Assembly: GCF_006345805.1 (NCBI RefSeq)
Contig: NC_043001.1
Coordinates: 106,640,001 to 106,704,000, forward strand
DNA: 64,000 bases
Direction of reading: 5' to 3'
Source: Octopus sinensis
Lineage: Eukaryota
The position numbers and the translations under genes were made by a program. Positions 25,041 through 39,661 of the stretch are shown here, piece by piece. Numbering within the stretch: the first letter of the stretch is position 1; every line of letters begins with the position of its first letter. The notes below the pieces were generated by a model. That model worked only from the letters and a program-made list of their open reading frames with translations, had not been told where the DNA came from and made no database searches.

Positions 25041-25739
25041 GTAGGTTGGTAGAAATGTACGAATGTGTGTGTATGCATATATCTATATATTTATGTATGT
25101 ATTTCTTGTGTAAATTACCATAATCCACTCAGCTCCCAGGGCAGAGATTAGCTAACCACTGTACATAGTGATGTTGCTAGTTATGATACATAAGAATACA
25201 TGTAGCGTATAAACACTAGGATAATTATTATATTCCTACATACGTTTCACTATTGATGTTATTTGGAACTCAGCATGGATATTTCAAGTCCATTTGGAGG
25301 CCTAAACGCAATGGGTCAAAAGAAGATGAACGCTGAATTGCATTCTGTTGTAGTGACATAACACACACACACACATAATGTCGTTAGTTCAATTCCTGAA
25401 CATTAAATAGCGCATTGTGCCATTGAGTCTACTCAGCTGGATACGAATTCCTGCCGAATGCTGACACATCCTGCTTCCACCTCAAGCTGTCGCATCCTCC
25501 ATGTACCACTGAGTCAAGGGTTCGAGAAGATGTCTATGTTTGTATGCGACTAAGATTTGTTTTTGATCCAGCGCAGTGTTGTTGTTCATTTTAGAATTCC
25601 ACAGTCACAATTGAGTAAGATTTTTTTAAAAAAAGAACAAAAGGAAACAGATCTTTCGTTAAAAAGCGTCAGATCTTTCGTTAAAAAGAGTGCAGAGATC
25701 GTAAGAGATTATAATCGGGTAAAGATAGCCAAATTAATT

Positions 25740-26100
25740 CAGCATCGAAAATTTGGTTTGGCAACGTTCGTGAAAAGAATACTTTAATTAATGCGTCAAA
25801 AAGAAGGGTTTAAAAAGGAAATGCGTAAAGGAAACTTCACACCAACTAATGGAGGGTATAACAACTGGAAAAATTTAGAGAACATTGTGTCCTAATGCTT
25901 CATAGCGTGGAGAGTAGTGTTGAATTTTTTATCAGGTAAAGTGTGGATTAAAACAGATTAACTAAAAATACTTTCTGAATATTCTCCTGATAATATTTAC
26001 AACGCTTTCGAAATGGATCGTTCGTTTTATGCAGTGTCCGAGCATACTTATTTGTTTAAAAATTAAAATAGCAAAGTGCGAGTGAGGGTTCCTTACAATA
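25740..26100 (+). mobile_element. Decayed pogo/Tigger transposase fragment
   Basis: IWFGNVREKNTLIN and SEYSPDNIYNAFEMDRSFY..HTYLFK resemble the CENP-B HTH and the DIFNADETGLFY start of the DDE domain. Confidence 0.6.
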
Positions 26101-26694
26101 TGAAAGGACGAAAATGGGAAATTTTGTTGGCTGAGAAAAATAAAACAATCCCTGGTTAAAGAGTAACAAAAGCATTTTTTTTTTGTTTATTACTGTTCTA
26201 TCGTAAATCTGAGGATCTTTATTTTTTTTTTTTTTTCATCTTTTACTTATTTCAGTCGTTAAACTACGGCCATACTGGAGCACTTCTTTGAAGAATTTTA
26301 GTCGAATGAATCAACTGAAGAACTTCTACAATTATATATATATATATGTATATATCGTAAGTCGTAAGTCCAAAACATTGCTTTTTCAGAAAACGAAGAA
26401 TAGTTTCACCATTCCATTTCTTTTTACGTTAGCAACAGTTTCAGCTTAACAATAATACTTTGTTGAGTGCATAAAATCGTAACAACATGCATGTATATTT
26501 TCAGTCAAAATTGTCGTATATGGTACTTTTGGAAAATTTTGGAAAATGCTGAACCGTTGTACTACAATTTGACAATTTTTTCTGAAGCAGCTGGAGATAC
26601 GATAGTTTGACCAAAAGAACCAGCTATCGCAAGCAAAATTAAATATTGAAAAAAACGCGTTTGACCAAATATAGTAACGATATATATATATATA

Positions 26695-27027
26695 CTGCGT
26701 GGCATCGTGGGCAAGTATCTTCTGCTATAACCCCGGGCCGACCAATGCCTTGTGAGTGGTTTTGGTAGACGGAAACTGAAAGAAACCTGTCGTATATATG
26801 TATATATATTTGTTTGTGTGTCTGCTGTGTTTGTCCCCCTAGCATTGCTTGACAACCGATGCTGGTGTGTTTACGTCCCCGTCACTTAGCGGTTCGGCAA
26901 AAGAGACCGATAGAATAAGTACTGGGCTTACAAAGAATAAGTCCTGGGATCGATTTGCTCGACTAAAGGCGGTGCTCCAGCATGGCCGCAGTCAAAATGA
27001 CTGAAACAAGTAAAAGAGTAAAAGAGT
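26695..27027 (+). mobile_element. SINE family A copy (5'-truncated)
   Basis: Body and tail match family A. Confidence 0.85.
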
Positions 27028-27044
27028 ATATATATATATATATA

Positions 27045-27252
27045 TAAGGCGAGCTGAAAGACCCGTTAGCACGCCGGACGAAGTGCTTAGCGGCATTTCG
27101 TCCGTTTTTACGTTTTAAGTTCAAATTCTACCGAGGTCGACTTTGTCTTTCATCCTTTCGGGGTCGATAAATAAGCACCAGTTACCCATTGGAAATCGAT
27201 GTCATCGACTTACCCGCTACTTCGAAATTACTGGCCTTGTGCCAAAATTTGG
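27045..27252 (+). mobile_element. SINE family B copy
   Basis: Family B head and core. Confidence 0.8.
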
Positions 27253-27899
27253 TACTAATTCTATTGATCTCATTTTGGCGAACCACTAAGTTACGGGATC
27301 ATACACAAACCAAAACCGGTTGTCAAGCAGTGACGGGAGACAAGCACGAATACAAACACACGCGCGCGCGCGCGCGTACACACACATACACATACACATA
27401 CATGTGTAAGTGTGTGTGTGTGTGTGTGTGTGTGCGTGCGTGCGTGTAAAAAAATCATATGAAAGTTGTTTTTGCTTTTAAACATTGAATCATCAAAACA
27501 AAATGCAATAAAACGATAATTCTATTTTAGATAAATGAAGGGAAAAAAAACATTCCATGGAGGCAAATAATGAGCAATCCCGAAATAATCCAATATTTGT
27601 GCGATTTTAGTATTCGTTGATGATGCGTTGCTCGTTGCAATATTTTCGTATTACCTTTTATGATGTGGATTTTATGCGCTGATACTGTTTGAGTAGTTGT
27701 TCGTTTTTGATTGTTCTTTTTTCGAAGTATCTAAAAAATTTCCTGTATCGTACAACGGAATTTTATACTCAGAATTACTTTTCCATGGTTAGTGAAATGT
27801 GACGTATTCACTCTGTGAATAAAAACTTCAAATGAATAATTTTACTCTGTGATAAAAAGCATGACGATGAATTTACCAACAAAGTATTGCTTTCCGATG

Positions 27900-28460
27900 T
27901 TATTTCCTTGCAATGAAATTGTCTGGTTATGTAATTACCAGGTAGTGTAATTACCCAAGACGGAATTTACAACGAAGCATTTGTTTTTCTTGAATTCATG
28001 GCTGAAAGAAGCTGTTGATGCTCAGCTGAAATGAAAGAAGTAAAAACTCTTGAAAAGATTGCTGTAATAGGTCTGCAGAAAATTATGAAAGATAAATGAA
28101 TGTCGTAAATAACAAAGGAAAGGTTATTAAGATCGTGAGTATATCCAGTGGCGATGTGGAGAAACGAAAGTTAGACAATTAACAAACAAGATAGAAGGAA
28201 AATTGTTGCATTTGATATGTGGTATTGGAGAAGATTACGGAGGATATCATAGGCGGAGACAAAAACAAATAGATCGATATTTGTTGCAAGTGAAACCTGG
28301 CAGTACATTTGGAAGTATTGATTATCAAAGGTTAAAATTCTTTGATCACATTATGAAAGCCGATAGCCTAGGAAACAGTATTACGATCAGAAAAACTGGA
28401 GATTCGAGAGGAAGAAGACGATCAGACATGAAATGGACAGATGGAGTGATTAACCGAGTG
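27900..28460 (+). mobile_element. RTE (BovB-like) LINE 3' coding remnant
   Basis: GSVITQDG, IVAFDMWYWRRL and QRLKFFDHIMKADSLGNSITIRKTGDSRGRRRSDMKWTDGV parallel the RTE C-terminal FELWCWRRL...YFGH...RWLDG pattern. Confidence 0.75.
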
Positions 28461-28524
28461 AGATATTATTTTAGAATCAGCTCCACGAATTTAGGACCCA
28501 TTCAGAAGGATATAAATGAGTAAT

Positions 28525-28740
28525 ATATGTTGGTTTCAAATTTTGCCACGAGGCTAGCAACATCGGAGGAAAAGGAAAGTCGATTATATCGACCCAAGCG
28601 ATCAATTGCTATTTTATCAGCCCCCGAAAGGATGAAACGCAAAGTTGGCCTTGACGGAAATTGAACGCAGATTGTAAAGACAGATGAAATGCCGCTAAGC
28701 ATTTTGCCTGGCGTGGTAACGATTCTGCCATCTCGCCGCC
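28525..28740 (-). mobile_element. SINE family B copy (older)
   Basis: Reverse complement of family B. Confidence 0.75.
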
Positions 28741-28765
28741 TCGATCTGCGGTGCTTATTACTATA

Positions 28766-28995
28766 TATTTCTTTATTGCCCACAAGGGGCTAAACATAGG
28801 GGGGGCAAACAAAGACAGACAAAGGGATTAAGTCGATTATATCGACCCCAGTGCGTAACTGGTACTTTATCTATCGACCCCGAAAGGATGAAAGGCAAAG
28901 TCGACCTTGGCGGAATTTGAACTCAGAACGTAACAGCAGACGAAATACGGCTACGCATTTCGCCCGGTGTGGTAACGATTCTGCCAGCTCGCCGC
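28766..28995 (-). mobile_element. SINE family B copy with 12-bp TSD
   Basis: TSD CTTATTACTATA at 28754-28765 and 28996-29007. Confidence 0.9.
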
Positions 28996-29469
28996 CTTAT
29001 TACTATAATATCCTCTGTTCCTCTGTTCCATTTTTTGCACTATTGAAACAACTTCAGGCTTTATAACTTCCTCGTGTCACTATCTGCCAGACTTTCAAGA
29101 TATGTATTTTTTTTTATGTCCATGTTTAATACATAAATGTACAAGAACACGCGTATATGCATGCAACTACAAAGATGTGTGTATGAAAGCATGTGTACTT
29201 AAATGTGTGTGTGTATACATATAAACGCATACATACGTAAGTCTGGTTGTTTGTATGTTTGTATAGGTATCGTGTGCGTACAGATCTGTGTATTTCTTTG
29301 AAGAAACGACTTTATATTTATGTCTTTAAATTCAATGTCACATTTGGAGGTGAAAAAAAAATATTGATGTAAAACATGTCTTCCAAACTGACACTCTTGA
29401 AGTCGATGCTAGAAATAAGTAAACAGAATTGTTTGTCACAGAATCAGTAAACAGATAAATGAATAAGGA

Positions 29470-29549
<80 letters not shown>

Positions 29550-29568
29550 GTTGGTAGATAGATAGATA

Positions 29569-29728
29569 TGTTTCTTTATTAGCCACACAGGGCTGCACAC
29601 AGACAGGACAAATTACAAGGTAGAGATTTTCTTTTGGGGGTAAAAAAAAGGGAGGTTGGTTTTCGATCAAAGGGGATCGTAAAAGGAAAGAAAGAGGACA
29701 AAAAGGGGGGGATTAGATTTTTTTTTAA

Positions 29729-29729
<1 letters not shown>
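29569..29729 (-). mobile_element. ~160-bp 3' remnant of the same Tx1-like LINE
   Basis: tgtttctttattagccacacagggctgcacacaga...aaattacaaggtagag matches 4808 onward. Flanked by (GATA)n at 29471-29568 and 29730-29823. Confidence 0.85.
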
Positions 29730-29823
<94 letters not shown>

Positions 29824-29955
29824 TGTGCATTATACTAAGATACACACTTGCATCCATCCATCCATCCATCCATCCATCCATCCATCCATCCATACATACA
29901 TACATACATACATACATACATACATACATACATACATGCATGCATGCATGCATAC

Positions 29956-29986
<31 letters not shown>

Positions 29987-30705
29987 CATACATACATACG
30001 TAATCAAATAAAAGAAATTAAAATCCATTAATAGCAATACAACATTTTCCAAAATGTTATCACTCACAGCTCTGGGGATTCTGTGTAAGAGATAACTATA
30101 GATTATATACTTACTAAACCAACTGGAATTGGTCTCCTTGGTGTATTTCTAATGATTTTTCATGAACTAGATACTTTTTAGCTAGTACGTGACTAGTGTT
30201 TAATTTCCTAGCTGCGGCACTACTGTAGATAAGTCGTTTTATAAGTGTCTGCCAAACTTTGCTATCGAATTCTGATCGATAAGAACATGCTACAACGTTT
30301 TAATATCTTAATAAATAGCGTCCGACGAAGATAAAGTTTTCCTATGAAACAAGTAGTTCGTGTGGCGAAATATACACACAAACACACACATCCGTATAAG
30401 CGCATGTACTCGCACACACATATGTAAAATCTCGCAGACACAATCAGAAAGTCATGCGCAAGATTCACACATGCAAACACATGTTAAAGAACGTATACAT
30501 ATACACACACACACAGAGATTCCGTTTAATTCAATGTAGAGTCATTATATACAATTAGACCTCAATATACGTGCACCTGCATATGTATACACTTATTATC
30601 TATATGTGTATGTATAAGTGGGCGCTCACTTTCAAATGCATAAATATATATATATACATATATATATGCATACACACACACACGCATACAAATACATACA
30701 TATAT

Positions 30706-30770
<65 letters not shown>

Positions 30771-30795
30771 ATGTGTTGTGTGTGTACGTGTATAT

Positions 30796-30839
<44 letters not shown>

Positions 30840-30928
30840 TGTATGTATGTTTGTGCCAGTACATATATGGATGTTTGCGTGCGTATGTGTGTGTGTGTTG
30901 TGTGTGTGTGTATGTGTTGTATGTGTAC

Positions 30929-30976
<48 letters not shown>

Positions 30977-31204
30977 CACACATGTGCGTGTGCATGTAAA
31001 TATATGTGTGGTTTTGTGTCTACATCTATACATGTATGTATGTGTTTGTGAATAAGCAGAGTGTGATATGAATCTCGAAGAACCTATCGTATAATTAATT
31101 ATTTGTTTTGCTTTGTACACTCACCGACACACTGACACACACACCTCCAGACGCACAAACACACACACAGAAAGGAGCGCACATGTATGCATATGTCGTG
31201 GCTC

Positions 31205-31608
31205 TGTAGAATGAAGCTTACATCCCAGCCACATGGTTCCGGGTTCAGTCCCACTGCATGACACCTTGGGCAAGTGTCATCTACTATGGCCTCGGGCCGG
31301 CCAATCCATTGTGAGTGGATTAGGTAGACGGAAACTGAAAGAAGCCCATCGTATATATGCCTGTGCGTGTATGTGTGCGTGTGCGTATGTGCCTGTATCT
31401 GTGTATGTTTGTGCATGTGCTTGTGTGTCTTTGTGCCTGATTGTCTCCCACTGCTATTTGATAACCGGTGTTAGTGTGTTTATGCCCCCGTAATTTAGTG
31501 GTTCAGCTAAGACATTGATAGACTAGTTACCTGGCTTTAAAAAAATTAGCACTGGGCTCGAGTCATTCGAATAAAAATTCTTCAAGGTGGTTCTCTAGCA
31601 TGGCCACA
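31205..31608 (+). mobile_element. SINE family A copy
   Basis: Head, body and tail match. Confidence 0.8.
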
Positions 31609-32169
31609 GTATGTGTGTGAATGTGTGTGTGCGTTCGTGCATGTGTCTGTGTATGTTTGAATATAAATACACATTAAGTACAGGACATCACCAACGAGTG
31701 AAAAATACGGAAAGACACGAGAGATATGTACAGCACAAAATGCAAAAAAATACACCATAAGAACGGGACCTCAACAACGAGTGAAAATACGCAAACACAT
31801 AATGAGAGATAATACAAAACAAAATTCCAAAAGAAGTCTAATTCCTCCTTAGTTGTCGATTGTTTATGATTACTTCCTATTTTGAGCTTTCAAGGACAAG
31901 ATAGGAAAACTTCATAAGGCAGCAGCATCCAGACATTTTAGAAATATAAAATTTATGGAGAGTTAGGGCTTCGAATTGACAAACAGCAACAGAGTGGACG
32001 TACAGAGTAAACAATCGACGAAGACAAACATTGAGGGACGTTAGGCCAAGACGAATTGTAATGGGTAACGCCTGGGAGAAATTTCAGAAGAGAAGAAAAT
32101 AGTAGAAGGGAAAAATATCGGGAGGCAAGAGAAATGACGTCCAGCTAGGTGGACGTCTGGTTCAGAAAA

Positions 32170-32365
32170 GACTGAGGTCGATCTAATCGAATGCCCCCCC
32201 TCCCAAAAAATTTCGGGCCTTGTGTCTAGAGTAGAAAAGAGTACTCAAAGGATGAAAGGCAAAGTCAACCCCGGCGGCATTTGAATGCAGAACGTAAAGT
32301 CTGTCGGAAGAAATGCCGCTAAGCATTTTGTTCGGTGCAATAACGATTCTGTCAGCTCAGCACCT
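32170..32365 (-). mobile_element. SINE family B copy
   Basis: Reverse complement of family B. Confidence 0.7.
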
Positions 32366-33139
32366 CTCAAGGGAAATATTATTATGAAACATTTAAACAT
32401 CAGCCAAGTTTCTATCCTTTGGACATTACACTCCAATTTCCAGTTATAGGAGCATTTTGTACATTTGTTGATACAGAGCCATTGGGTTAGCCTGTCACTC
32501 TTTTCGAAGCATTGTGGGAAAATTTGCTTATTTTTTTGTCCAGCGATAAAATACCAGACGAAGAAAATGAGGGAGATTTCGATAATTAAATGTTGGAGCA
32601 CAAAAGGTATAGTCCTCAGTCCAAACAACATGCATAGAAAATTCATTACGTAGACTCGGGGATAAGGATACAGATAATAGGATTATATATGAAGACAATA
32701 TTGAATTAACCCATACTTTCTAGATTAGAAGATTACCTCCGATGTCATTAATCCCCGAAAATTGAGGTGCGTCACTTGTTCCAACGAAGATAAGTTTAGA
32801 AATGAAATAATACTTCTAACTTCAAAATGTTTGCATAGTTTAGCTTACTGGACAATAATTATACGATGCACATGTATTCGCTATTTGAGACTCGTAGTGA
32901 GAGATTTAGATTTCTTTTGCATCTCGAAACTGTCTTATTACTTTAAAGTATTTCTTTTTTAACTCAAATATATTACTGTGTATTTAGCAGCAATTGAAGT
33001 AGTTTCTAGTGTACTGTACCCCTATTTCTTAAGTATTTACTGTAATTTTATACAAAATTTGCAGTACAATGACAACTTGCAATAACGTAAACTCAAATCT
33101 CAAAGGCTGTGTTAAATGGAAAACCTACTATATATACTA

Positions 33140-33221
<82 letters not shown>

Positions 33222-33225
<4 letters not shown>

Positions 33226-33610
33226 GATATATATAAAGCTGAAGTTGCCTGTGTATGGCAGGGTTGGTAGCCTTCAACTAACACTATCTCCTCCGAGACC
33301 CTGCTGCGCAAGTTGACCAAAATTGAGAGTATGATAGAAGGCTTGCTCTTCCTTTCGTAGGAGAAAAAATTCAAATCGGACTTTGTTAAGACCAAAAATT
33401 ATTTACATCAAAAAGGTGTTTTCTTTCTATGAAAATCCCTATTTTTTAACGATTTTTTCACTGCTGTGTCGCCATTTTTCGGTGTATTTCAACCAGAGAA
33501 ATGTTCACTTAAAGAGAATAACAAGCTACATAATGCAAAATTTTACTTTTCAAAAATTCCAATTCTAAAGGGTCGAAACAAACCCGAGCAACGCGGGGCG
33601 ATACTGCTAG
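33222..33610 (+). mobile_element. Non-autonomous Helitron, copy 1
   Basis: Starts A|TC (tcccgatatatataaagctgaagttg), has a GC-rich subterminal hairpin region cccgagcaacgcgggg, and ends CTAG|T. Confidence 0.85.
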
Positions 33611-33641
33611 TATATATATATATATAATATATATATATATA

Positions 33642-34029
33642 TCCCGATATATATAAAGCTGAAGTTGCCTGTGTATGGCAGGGTTGGTAGCCTTCAACTA
33701 ACACTATCTCCTCCGAGACCCTGCTGCGCAAGTTGACCAAAATTGAGAGTATGATAGAAGGCTTGCTCTTCCTTTCGTAGGAGAAAAAATTCAAATCGGA
33801 CTTTGTTAAGACCAAAAATTATTTACATCAAAAAGGTGTTTTCTTTCTATGAAAATCCCTATTTTTTACGATTTTTTCACTGCTGTGTCGCCATTTTTCG
33901 GTGTATTTCAACCAGAGAAATGTTCACTTAAAGAGAATAACAAGCTACATAATGCAAAATTTTACTTTTCAAAAATTCCAATTCTAAAGGGTCGAAACAA
34001 ACCCGAGCAACGCGGGGCGATACTGCTAG
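33642..34029 (+). mobile_element. Non-autonomous Helitron, copy 2 (head-to-tail)
   Basis: Matches copy 1 apart from one 1-nt indel seen (ttttttaacg vs ttttttacg). Separated from it by 31 bp of (TA)n. Confidence 0.85.
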
Positions 34030-34074
34030 TATATATATATATATATATATATCACGTGATCAGGTGACCTACCA

Positions 34075-34310
34075 AGCTATCAGATATGTTGTCACACATC
34101 GCTTGTCACAATGCGCTTTTTGTTATGTCTTAGCCTTCAAATGATGCTGGCTAGGTGAGAAGGCCAACATTCCCAACTGATCGAAAGGGCAAGTGGATCA
34201 ACGTGAAATGAAGTGTTTTACTCAAGAAAACAACGCGCCGCCTAATCAGGCCATCGAACCCACGATCTAGCGATCGTGAGTGCAACAGCCTAGCCACTAA
34301 GCCACGCGCC
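34075..34310 (-). mobile_element. SINE family D copy (head aggcgcgtggcttagtggctagg; CORE-like cttgagtaaaacact)
   Basis: Related segments at 4113-4200 (+), 13673-13830 (+) and 24420-24590 (-). Confidence 0.7.
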
Positions 34311-34708
34311 TTTATATATATATATATATATATGATCCATTTTTGGAAAAGTGAAACTCAAAGCAGATAAACCTAAAAGCAGTAGCGAATAAATATTGGT
34401 CGAAAGGTACTCGTGGGAAATGAACCCGTGTCTCCTGTAAACATGATTGGCATACTACTGCTGAACCAAAGCATCCTTCGACTTCTGTCCATTTTGGTAT
34501 GCTTTTGATGTCATAAGATTTTAGAAACTTCGAGAAAACGTAAAATAATATTATTTTTGGAACTGTAAAACTCGAAGTAGATAAAGCGCTTTTAACCCAA
34601 TATTTTCATCTATTGTTTATAGCTTTATCTGCTTCCAGTTTCACCGTTCAAAAAAGGAATTATTTCACGTTCTTTTAAAGTTTATAAGTTCTTAAGATGC
34701 CAACAACG

Positions 34709-34809
<101 letters not shown>

Positions 34810-35916
34810 GAATGTAGGTAGGTAGGTATAATCAACTTCAAAGACAAGTGCATCACATATCCATATAAACACACTATGTTTGTGTATGCATGGATGTATA
34901 TATATATATATGTCTGTATGTGCTTGTGTGTGTGAGAGAGAATGAAAGAGAAAGAGAGAGGGCCTGTTTGTGTGAGCGCGTGTATGTGTGTATGTATGAA
35001 CAGGTTTGTGCGATACTTGCATCTATATAAATCTATGAAACATTGTTACTTTACATTTTTTGTATTTCTTCTACCTGTTTTCCTTTTTGGTGGGATAAAG
35101 ATGAAAATAACATGGTTTTAGTGGCGTTGCATGTAGCATCTAGGTATTTGTGAAATCAATCTTTTTTTTTTATATATATATACGAGAATTTGCTGCTTGG
35201 CAACCGAACTATTGTCATAGGATTAGATCATTGGCAACTAAGCAAAGAGTTTTAGTGGAATGAAGGAATGAATAAGAGACGATGTCTTCGTGGAGATAAT
35301 GGATGTTGGCGAATGTGTGCGAAAGATCTTTTCCCGAATGCTATTGTTTCGCTCTTGGTTGTCTTTCATATAACATACCACGGCGCTCCGTCGGTTACGA
35401 CGACGAGGGTTCCAGTTGATCCGATCAACGGAACAGCCAGCTCGTGAAATTAATTAACGTGCAAGTGGCTGAGCAATCCACAGAAACGTTTCTGTGGAGT
35501 GTTCAGCTACTTGCACGCCTTTTTCACACCGTTGTTGTTGTTCTTGTTCTTGTTTAAATAAAAGTTTAACAATACACTTGTATACACTTTATATGATGAT
35601 ATTAAATTTAAGGCTACACCATCACCGCTGTTTTAATCGAGACTCCATAGCAGCAAGTCTTACTAGTTATGGCTAAAGAGGCAGTCCTCCTCTTGACACA
35701 GATTGTGTCCCTCCTGTGCTTTCATTGAAAATGCTACATCTACTCGTAAACTAGTTGTGGACATTACACAAAATGTACTGCATCATTCAGGGTATATTAC
35801 ACTGGTTGCCGCACCAATTCTTGACTCCTCGTAAATCCTATGCTTTCACTATGATCCACTTATATTGACACTAGACTTCCATCGGTAATTTTAAACCTGG
35901 CAGTAAACTGACAGAT

Positions 35917-36335
35917 TAAGGAGGCGAGCTGGCAGAACCGTTAGCCCGCCGGGCAAAATGCTTAGTGGTATTTCGGCTGCCGCTACGTTCTGAGTTCAAA
36001 TTCAGCCGGGTCGACTTTACCTTTTATCCTTTTGGGGTCGATAAACTAAGTACCAGTTACGAACTGGAGGTTGATGTAATCGAATTAATCTCTTTGTCTG
36101 TCCTTGTTTGTCCCCTCTATGTTTAGCCCCTTGTTGGTAGTAAAGAAATAGGTATTTCGCCCGTCTTTATGTTCTGAGTTCAAATTCCGCCGAGGTCAAC
36201 TTTGCCATTCATCCTTTCGGGGTCGATAAATTAAGAACCAGTTACGTACTGGGGTCGATATAATCGACTTAATCCGATTGTCTGTCCTTGGTTGTCCCCT
36301 CTGTGTTTAGCCCCTTGTGGGTAATAAAGAAATAT
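35917..36335 (+). mobile_element. SINE family B copy followed by a second 5'-truncated copy
   Basis: Full copy to gtaaagaaata at ~36151, then restarts at ggtatttcg and ends gtaataaagaaat. Confidence 0.85.
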
Positions 36336-36539
36336 ATTACATTCTCCTGTACAAGCATACATTGATCCAGTTTGGATGACCGTTGGCTCTTATGAGTTCA
36401 CTCGTCTTTTGACGGGTTTTCTTTTTCCTCTTTTCATTGAGTTCCCACATGAAAGAAATTGAAATCAGCCTTTTCAAGTAGGCTCAGTGCGATTGCTGAG
36501 CTCGCCCGCACTCGGGTAGTGTTGGTTTGCACAATTCTT

Positions 36540-36594
<55 letters not shown>

Positions 36595-36919
36595 TCTCTC
36601 TCTCTCTCCCTCTCTCCCTCTCTCACCTCCATTTTTTTCATTGTTTGATCTCTCTCTCATTCTCATATATTACCACATTGTAGAGGCTTGGGTATACACC
36701 AGTAAGAAGAGTGATCTCATGTATGATCTTTGCTTTCATGTTTACATAAAAGGGCTTTCTCAACTTACAACAAGGATTTAAGAACAGGTTAAAGGAACGG
36801 AAAAGTTAAAAAGAGAAGAATTATATCAAGTTTACTTATCTTTTAAGTTCTAATCCTGAAAAGTCAAGTGAAAGAAATCATTATCATTATTATTATTACA
36901 AGTTTCACTTGAAAAGGAA

Positions 36920-37318
36920 GTTGAGGGTGGAGAGGGAAGTGTTGCCTTGGATGGGATGGAAGCACTCCGTCGGTTACGACGATGAGGGTTCTGGTTGATC
37001 CGATCAACGGAACTGCCTGCTCGTGAAATTAACGTATAAGTGGCTGAGCACTCCACAGACACGTGTACCCTTAACGTAGTTCTCGGGGATATTCAGCGTG
37101 ACACAGAGAGTGACAAGGCCGGCCCTTTGAAATACAGGTACAACAGAAACAGGAAGTAAGAGTGAGAGAAAGTTGTGGTGAAAGAGTACAGCAGGGAACA
37201 CCACCATCCCTGCCGGAGCCTCGTGGAGCTTTAGGTGTTTTTGCTCAATAAACACTCACAACGCTCGGTCTGGGAATTGAAACCGCGATCCTACGACCGC
37301 GAGTCCATTGCCCTAACC
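36920..37318 (-). mobile_element. SINE family C copy (tRNA-like head ggttagggc..ggactcgcggtcgtaggatcgcggtttc)
   Basis: Matches 42345-42720 and the partial copy at 35375-35495. Confidence 0.8.
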
Positions 37319-37545
37319 TGCTTTTGCCTTTAATTTTGTTATATGTCCTTTAAAGGATGTGTGCAGTGCCTAGTAGTGCAATTTTCTGTATGTTATATGT
37401 GTTTGTAAGTCCTGGTGTTTTTGTTATGCATTTGTCTGAATTTTTTTTTTATCATGCCTAATGCACCTACTATGATAGGAATTGTTTCTGTTTTTAGATT
37501 ACACATTCTAGTTACCTCTATTTCCAGGTCTTAGTATTTTGAAAG

Positions 37546-37582
<37 letters not shown>

Positions 37583-37922
37583 AATGTATTTGAGGATATG
37601 AAGATGGACAAAAAACCGCTAAGCATTTTGCCTGACGGGCAAAATGATTCTGCTGGCTCGTTGCCTTGCAAATATTATATAGTAATACAAGCATGTATTC
37701 GGGGGTTAAACTCAAAGAGATTCCCAAAAACCGTTTATCCACTTATGTTGTTGACAAGTAATGCTTCTCAAAACAACTGCGTAAAATAAAGATTTCTTTG
37801 CACGTGTAAGTATGCATTACCTGAAGCAACACGCTAAGACTAAATGGTTTGAAATGTCGTGTGTACATGTATATATTCGTGTGTATGGCGTGTGTGTGTG
37901 TGTGTGTATGTGACCTCTTCTC

Positions 37923-37979
<57 letters not shown>

Positions 37980-38112
37980 TCTTTCTTTAAAATATATCCA
38001 TCAGTCCAATAGAGCTCTGAGCTGACAATGGTGTTTTAACATCTAAACGTCTTAAGCGATAATTCTTTTTTTGCCAAGACAAACTGCAGTGAAAAACCTT
38101 TTACGGATTCAA

Positions 38113-38162
<50 letters not shown>

Positions 38163-38288
38163 GTGTGTGTTTACGCAAGTATATCTATGTGTGCATCTAC
38201 GTGTAGATATTTCTTTGCGTCCACAAGGTACGAAATACATGTGTAGAAATCATTGCTATAAACATTTGGTTTTGTCTCATTGCAAGAA

Positions 38289-38320
<32 letters not shown>

Positions 38321-38390
38321 CATTATTATTATTATTGTTATTGTTATTATTATTTATTATCATTATTATTATTATTACTACTACTACTAC

Positions 38391-38422
<32 letters not shown>

Positions 38423-38644
38423 GCGTTTTGTTTTTCTTCTTTTTATTTTTTCAGAAACTTGTAAAATGTGTTTCCTTTCGCAAAGTATGGCGGTTCCGTC
38501 TTCGGTAAAGGTGGCAAAGGGACATTGTGACATTCATATTGTCCTCCCTGCGGACCATCTTCACTCATCTGTTAATTTACATCTTGATTAACGGACTTTT
38601 AGGAAAAAATAATATTTAGAAAATTAATGAGAGACAATTTAATT

Positions 38645-39148
38645 AATCTTTTTTTATCTTTTACTTGTTTCAATCGTTGGACTGCGCCCTTGCTGGAGCA
38701 CCGCCTTGAGGAGTTTAGCAAAACAAATCAACCCCAGAAGTAGTTGTTTTAAAATCTGGTACTTATTCTATCGGTCTCTTTGCTGAACCGCTAAGTTACG
38801 GAGACGTAAACGCACCGACACCGGATGTCATACGGTGGCGGGAAACAAATACAGACACATAGATACACACACACACACATTATATATGTGTATATATATA
38901 TATATAATATATATATATATGTTGTGTGTGTGTGTGTGTGTGTGTGTCTGTGTGTGTGTGGTGTGTGTGTGTGTGTGTTTGTGTGTGTGTGATGGGATAT
39001 TTTCAGTTTCCGTCCACCAAATCCACTCACAAGTCTTTGGTTTGCCTGGGGTTATAGCAAAAGGCACTTACCCAGGTTTCTACACTTCGGGAATGAACCC
39101 AGAACCATGTGGTTGGGAAGCAAGTTTCTTACCACACAGCCACACCTA
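38645..39148 (-). mobile_element. SINE family A copy
   Basis: Reverse complement with an expanded internal microsatellite. Confidence 0.8.
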
Positions 39149-39630
39149 TTGAATAATATTAATCAAAATTTTTTTCACGAGAATCGTTAATTAATTGGAT
39201 GCTTGCTTGAAAGGATTCTCAAAGAAAATGGGCAACAATAATCCAGATTACTGATTTTGCTATCGTTTGTTTTTTTTGTGGGGTTTTTTGGGTTTTTTTT
39301 TTTTTTGTATTTTTGCAGAGAGTAGAAAATTCATAAAAGTGCTTGATGGAAGTATCTCATTGAAATATTGGCTTACCTCAAGCGAGCTATTGATTCACAG
39401 CTAACTAGACGTAGAAATGTGTTACATATGCAGGACATTGTTATTTTTTTAAAAAAGACATTTTTATTTTAGTTGTTTGATTAATAACTAGCAGACACAT
39501 TAACAGCGACAATACTGGCAACTACAACCACCTGAGTCGCAAACTAAACATTAAGAATAAAATCAATGCAGTTTTTTTTTTAAATTGCATAATGTTGCAA
39601 CGACACTCTATGGTGAATTGGCCGGAAGAG

Positions 39631-39661
<31 letters not shown>

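Noticed and set aside
32401-32589. Protein-like frame QPSFYPLDITLQFP...*PVTLFEALWENLL, faintly piggyBac-like
   Set aside because: Internal stop and no diagnostic catalytic motif, so it cannot be assigned.
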